36,868 bases of DNA, from positions 1 through 36,868 of the IMG/VR virus record IMGVR_UViG_3300012346_000058, one strand, 5' to 3'. Numbering within the stretch: position 1 is the stretch's first letter; each line of letters starts with the position of its first letter. The DNA comes from a virus (lineage: Duplodnaviria > Caudoviricetes). Shown here one piece after another: positions 34,303 through 36,868 of the stretch. The notes beneath the pieces were generated by a model, which saw nothing but the letters and a program-made list of their open reading frames with translations, did no database searches and was not told where the DNA came from. The position numbers and the translations under genes are program-made.

Positions 34303-35056
34303 ATTTACGCTCCAAGTATTCGATAGACAACAGCATCTCATCGAAGCCCCCATCCTTGACATCATTCAACATAACCAAGCCTCGCCAGTGACGATTGCTC
34401 AGTTGATCCATGTAGTCTTCATCATGTAGGTAGTAGCTACCAGCGATGATACCACAGATAGGCTTCCCATCAGCACGTTTACCATAGGCGATCTGCTTAC
34501 CCTGCTGATGCCCTGCAATGCAGCTCATGTGGAGCTTGTTTACAAGAGCAGAAGCAGTGCCAGCAGGCCTGCCCATAGCACCAACAGGCCAATAGTGATT
34601 AAAGCCAACCCCGTTGATGAATACAGGATGTAGAAAGTCGTGTACTTCCCAATCTTTGTCGTAATCCAAGTCTTTAACACTGATCAGTCCTTCCAACGTA
34701 GGGTTATTGTTCACAGCTCGGTTGATACGGTTCTCATGGTTACCCAGAGTCAGGATCATCTTAGGCTTGTAAACCTTGTGCTTGGTCTCCTTCTGAGTCT
34801 TCTGCAAGTCCCGCAGAGGTTTCAGAAGCTTTTGCATAGCCATCTTAACAACCTCTACATCTTTCTTGTAGCGAAGACCTTCAAAGTACTTAGACCCTTT
34901 AACATCATGTGTAGACAAAGAAGGCATGTCTGCAAAGTCCCCGATGTTCACAACCACATCAGGGCGATAGTCACAGATAGCCTTCCCTGCCCACTCAAGA
35001 TGCTCCAAAGGAACTCCTTCTTTGACCTGAGCGTCAGGGATGACTAATATTTTCAT
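34286..35056 (-). CDS. calcineurin-like metallophosphoesterase
   Basis: IPDAQ, GDFAD, LGNHE, NHY, AGHQQ. Confidence 0.88.
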   Translation of the reverse strand: MKILVIPDAQVKEGVPLEHLEWAGKAICDYRPDVVVNIGDFADMPSLSTHDVKGSKYFEGLRYKKDVEVVKMAMQKLLKPLRDLQKTQKETKHKVYKPKMILTLGNHENRINRAVNNNPTLEGLISVKDLDYDKDWEVHDFLHPVFINGVGFNHYWPVGAMGRPAGTASALVNKLHMSCIAGHQQGKQIAYGKRADGKPICGIIAGSYYLHDEDYMDQLSNRHWRGLVMLNDVKDGGFDEMLLSIEYLERKYGKQV

Positions 35057-35355
35057 TCTTTATCCCACCAGAATTCTGTAGCGTCAGTTTCTTCAGGTTT
35101 AAAGTACTCACCAGTCCAAGGATCAATGTAGCTAGGGTAGTTCTCGTACATAGATTTCAGATACATAGGCTCTTCCAATCGCACTTGAGGCTTGATAGGA
35201 TAGCCAAAGATAGTCTCCAAGAACTTCACATAGTCATCCATGCACTCGTGCCATGAAGCTCCGGGAGTACTGATTTCTTTCTTGTACACTTTACCGTTAC
35301 AATCGACATAGGTAAAGCCGTATGTCTGCATAATTTCTTCGTGATCTTTGTTCAT
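35053..35355 (-). CDS. hypothetical protein
   Basis: ATGA overlaps on both sides. Confidence 0.7.
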   Translation of the reverse strand: MNKDHEEIMQTYGFTYVDCNGKVYKKEISTPGASWHECMDDYVKFLETIFGYPIKPQVRLEEPMYLKSMYENYPSYIDPWTGEYFKPEETDATEFWWDKE

Positions 35356-35660
35356 CGTTCATCTCCTGACCCTGTGAGGGTATTGTTAAGTTGTCGTGCT
35401 GCAAGTTTACGGAGGTTTTGACTGGCTAAATCAGCCAAGCTCCAGCCCATCACTGTAGACAAGCCTGCGATCTGCCACAGTACATCACCTACTTCCTTTT
35501 GCATACCTGCTTCGTCCAAGACACCATCTCGAATCCACTTGGCATACTTACCGGCAACTTCCCCTGCCTCAGAGGTCAGGTTAGCAACCATGTAAGCAGG
35601 GTTCTTAGCGGACTCTAGTGCTGTCTTAAACGCTAGTTCTTGATACTCATTCAGCAGCAT
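35352..35660 (-). CDS. mazG: MazG-like nucleotide pyrophosphohydrolase
   Basis: SEAGEVA..K, KEVGDVLW, NLRKLAAR...GSGDER. Confidence 0.9.
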   Translation of the reverse strand: MLLNEYQELAFKTALESAKNPAYMVANLTSEAGEVAGKYAKWIRDGVLDEAGMQKEVGDVLWQIAGLSTVMGWSLADLASQNLRKLAARQLNNTLTGSGDER

Positions 35661-36285
35661 TCATTACCTCCATTACATTAGGAAACAGTTTAGTCAGTTC
35701 ATCACGGCACTTCAAAGCAACATCTCGGTGTTCCTTCTGCGTAGCCGCATCACAGCGAATATCCACATAGTGAAGCCAACTACGCAGTGTGCCGTTCATG
35801 TACATCTTGCTCATAGTCAAACCTTCAGGTAGCAGCTTACGGGCTTGCTCCTTAGCAATACCTTTGTCCAGAGCTGCTCGATACATCAGTTCAGCTTCGG
35901 ATTGTACACGTACTTGAGCTGCATTCCACCAGTTATTCAAGTACAAGTCATCAGTCTCTAAGCTGTTCTGACGGTTCTTATCGTCCTGCATACGAACTTC
36001 AGACAAACTGAAAGCGTTAGCTACAGCATACCGTTGAGAGAACTCTTGGAAGCTGAAGCTACGGTGTCGCAGAATCTGTCGGGCAATGTCGCGCGTGGTC
36101 TCGATCTCCATGCAGACGTTCACCATCTCCAAGGGACTCCAGTGCTTATGCTTGATCAGATACTTCACAAGCTTAGGGCCAGTGTCTTTCTTGTCCTGAT
36201 TCTCAGGTGCTGACACCCGTGCCATATAAGCGATTAGGTCTTCACCTTCAGGGGTTGACCAGATAACTTTAACTTTACCAGACAT
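35647..36285 (-). CDS. thyX: flavin-dependent thymidylate synthase
   Basis: HWSPLE, RQILRHRSFSFQEFSQRY, EQARKLLP, LRSWLHY, QKEH. Confidence 0.96.
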   Translation of the reverse strand: MSGKVKVIWSTPEGEDLIAYMARVSAPENQDKKDTGPKLVKYLIKHKHWSPLEMVNVCMEIETTRDIARQILRHRSFSFQEFSQRYAVANAFSLSEVRMQDDKNRQNSLETDDLYLNNWWNAAQVRVQSEAELMYRAALDKGIAKEQARKLLPEGLTMSKMYMNGTLRSWLHYVDIRCDAATQKEHRDVALKCRDELTKLFPNVMEVMNAAE

Positions 36286-36430
36286 TTTCTACCCTTCCTT
36301 CAATGATTACGTGTTCGTGTGGTTTAAGCCGATTTTTAAGCTCCTCCCACAAGTCCAAAGACCTTAAGAAATCTACCTCTTCAGCGGTAAAGTCATAGTG
36401 TATTTCTCGTTCAAACACTTCAGCTTTCAT
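36275..36430 (-). CDS. 51-aa hypothetical protein (not in track)
   Basis: MKAEVFEREIHYDF...; overlaps both neighbours; GAGGAG upstream. Confidence 0.55.
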   Translation of the reverse strand: MKAEVFEREIHYDFTAEEVDFLRSLDLWEELKNRLKPHEHVIIEGRVENVW

Positions 36431-36815
36431 TCAGCCACTCCTCAGGTATTGTCTTGTCTGCAAACTTATAGCCGTGCTTTCGACACCACATGGCATAGGT
36501 CGTCTTAGAAGCCTTGCTGATCCGGGCATTAGAGTTGCTAAACACAAACCTAATATCCAAGTCTGGGTTATGTCTCTTAACCAAGATATGCTTCTGGCGA
36601 TCAGGCGCTAGGAAGCGTCCCTTAGTCTCCACAATGATACCATTGGCTAGAACAAAGTCAGGTGTATATACATGCTGAGAGGCAGGCTTGATGTACTTAA
36701 GCTTTACCTTCTCGTATGTGTATTCAATCCCTAACTGATCCAGTTGTTCAGCTACTCTTTCTTCGAGGCCACTACGGAACCCGTACTTGATTGCAACTTG
36801 CTTGGCGGTTGCCAT
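36420..36815 (-). CDS. endonuclease I / Holliday junction resolvase (T7 gp3-like)
   Basis: FRSGLEE, YTPDF, VETKGRF, DIRFVF, YAMWC. Confidence 0.96.
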   Translation of the reverse strand: MATAKQVAIKYGFRSGLEERVAEQLDQLGIEYTYEKVKLKYIKPASQHVYTPDFVLANGIIVETKGRFLAPDRQKHILVKRHNPDLDIRFVFSNSNARISKASKTTYAMWCRKHGYKFADKTIPEEWLNES

Positions 36816-36868
36816 AGTTCTCCTTCATAACGTCTTAGCCACAAGAGCTGTCCTTGTTCAGTAAAATA
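36752..36868 (-). CDS. 3' end of the 5'-3' exonuclease (continuation of 1-697)
   Basis: Frame continues ...LLWLRRYEGELWQPPSK...KKE-TAG (stop at 36752-36754). Confidence 0.85.
   Translation of the reverse strand, partial: YFTEQGQLLWLRRYEGELWQPPSKLQSSTGSVVASKKE

Noticed and set aside
36814-36868. 55-nt terminal repeat as a biological DTR or att site
   Set aside because: It falls inside the exonuclease ORF, and 55 is a common assembler k-mer length.

Overview
The window is an apparently complete, circularly permuted lytic podovirus genome of about 36.8 kb. The first 55 nt are repeated exactly at 36814-36868, and the exonuclease ORF reads in frame across that join. It has two divergent arms. 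The left-going arm runs from ~10000 down to 1 and wraps to 28433. It carries small early genes, a T7-like replication set (primase-helicase, family A polymerase, SSB, 5'-3' exonuclease, endonuclease I), a tRNA-Leu(UAA) and a nucleotide-metabolism block (ThyX, MazG, metallophosphoesterase, DUF3310, NrdB/NrdA, glutaredoxin, PhoH, ClpP-like). The right-going arm (11149-28389) carries terminase, P22-type portal/scaffold/coat, tail, ejection and lysis genes. The arms meet at a bidirectional terminator. I found no RNA polymerase, integrase or repressor; transcription appears to use near-consensus sigma70 promoters. The most unusual region is the ~1.1 kb non-coding control block (10000-11150). It contains five DnaA boxes arranged around a TCTTATATAAGA palindrome, a phased 20-bp repeat array ending in a G-tract, an OmpR-type direct repeat that recurs at other promoters, and a structured AT-rich leader with a twin at 6915-7020. 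A Burkholderiales host is inferred, not shown. All family calls come from motif recognition only; no searches were run.
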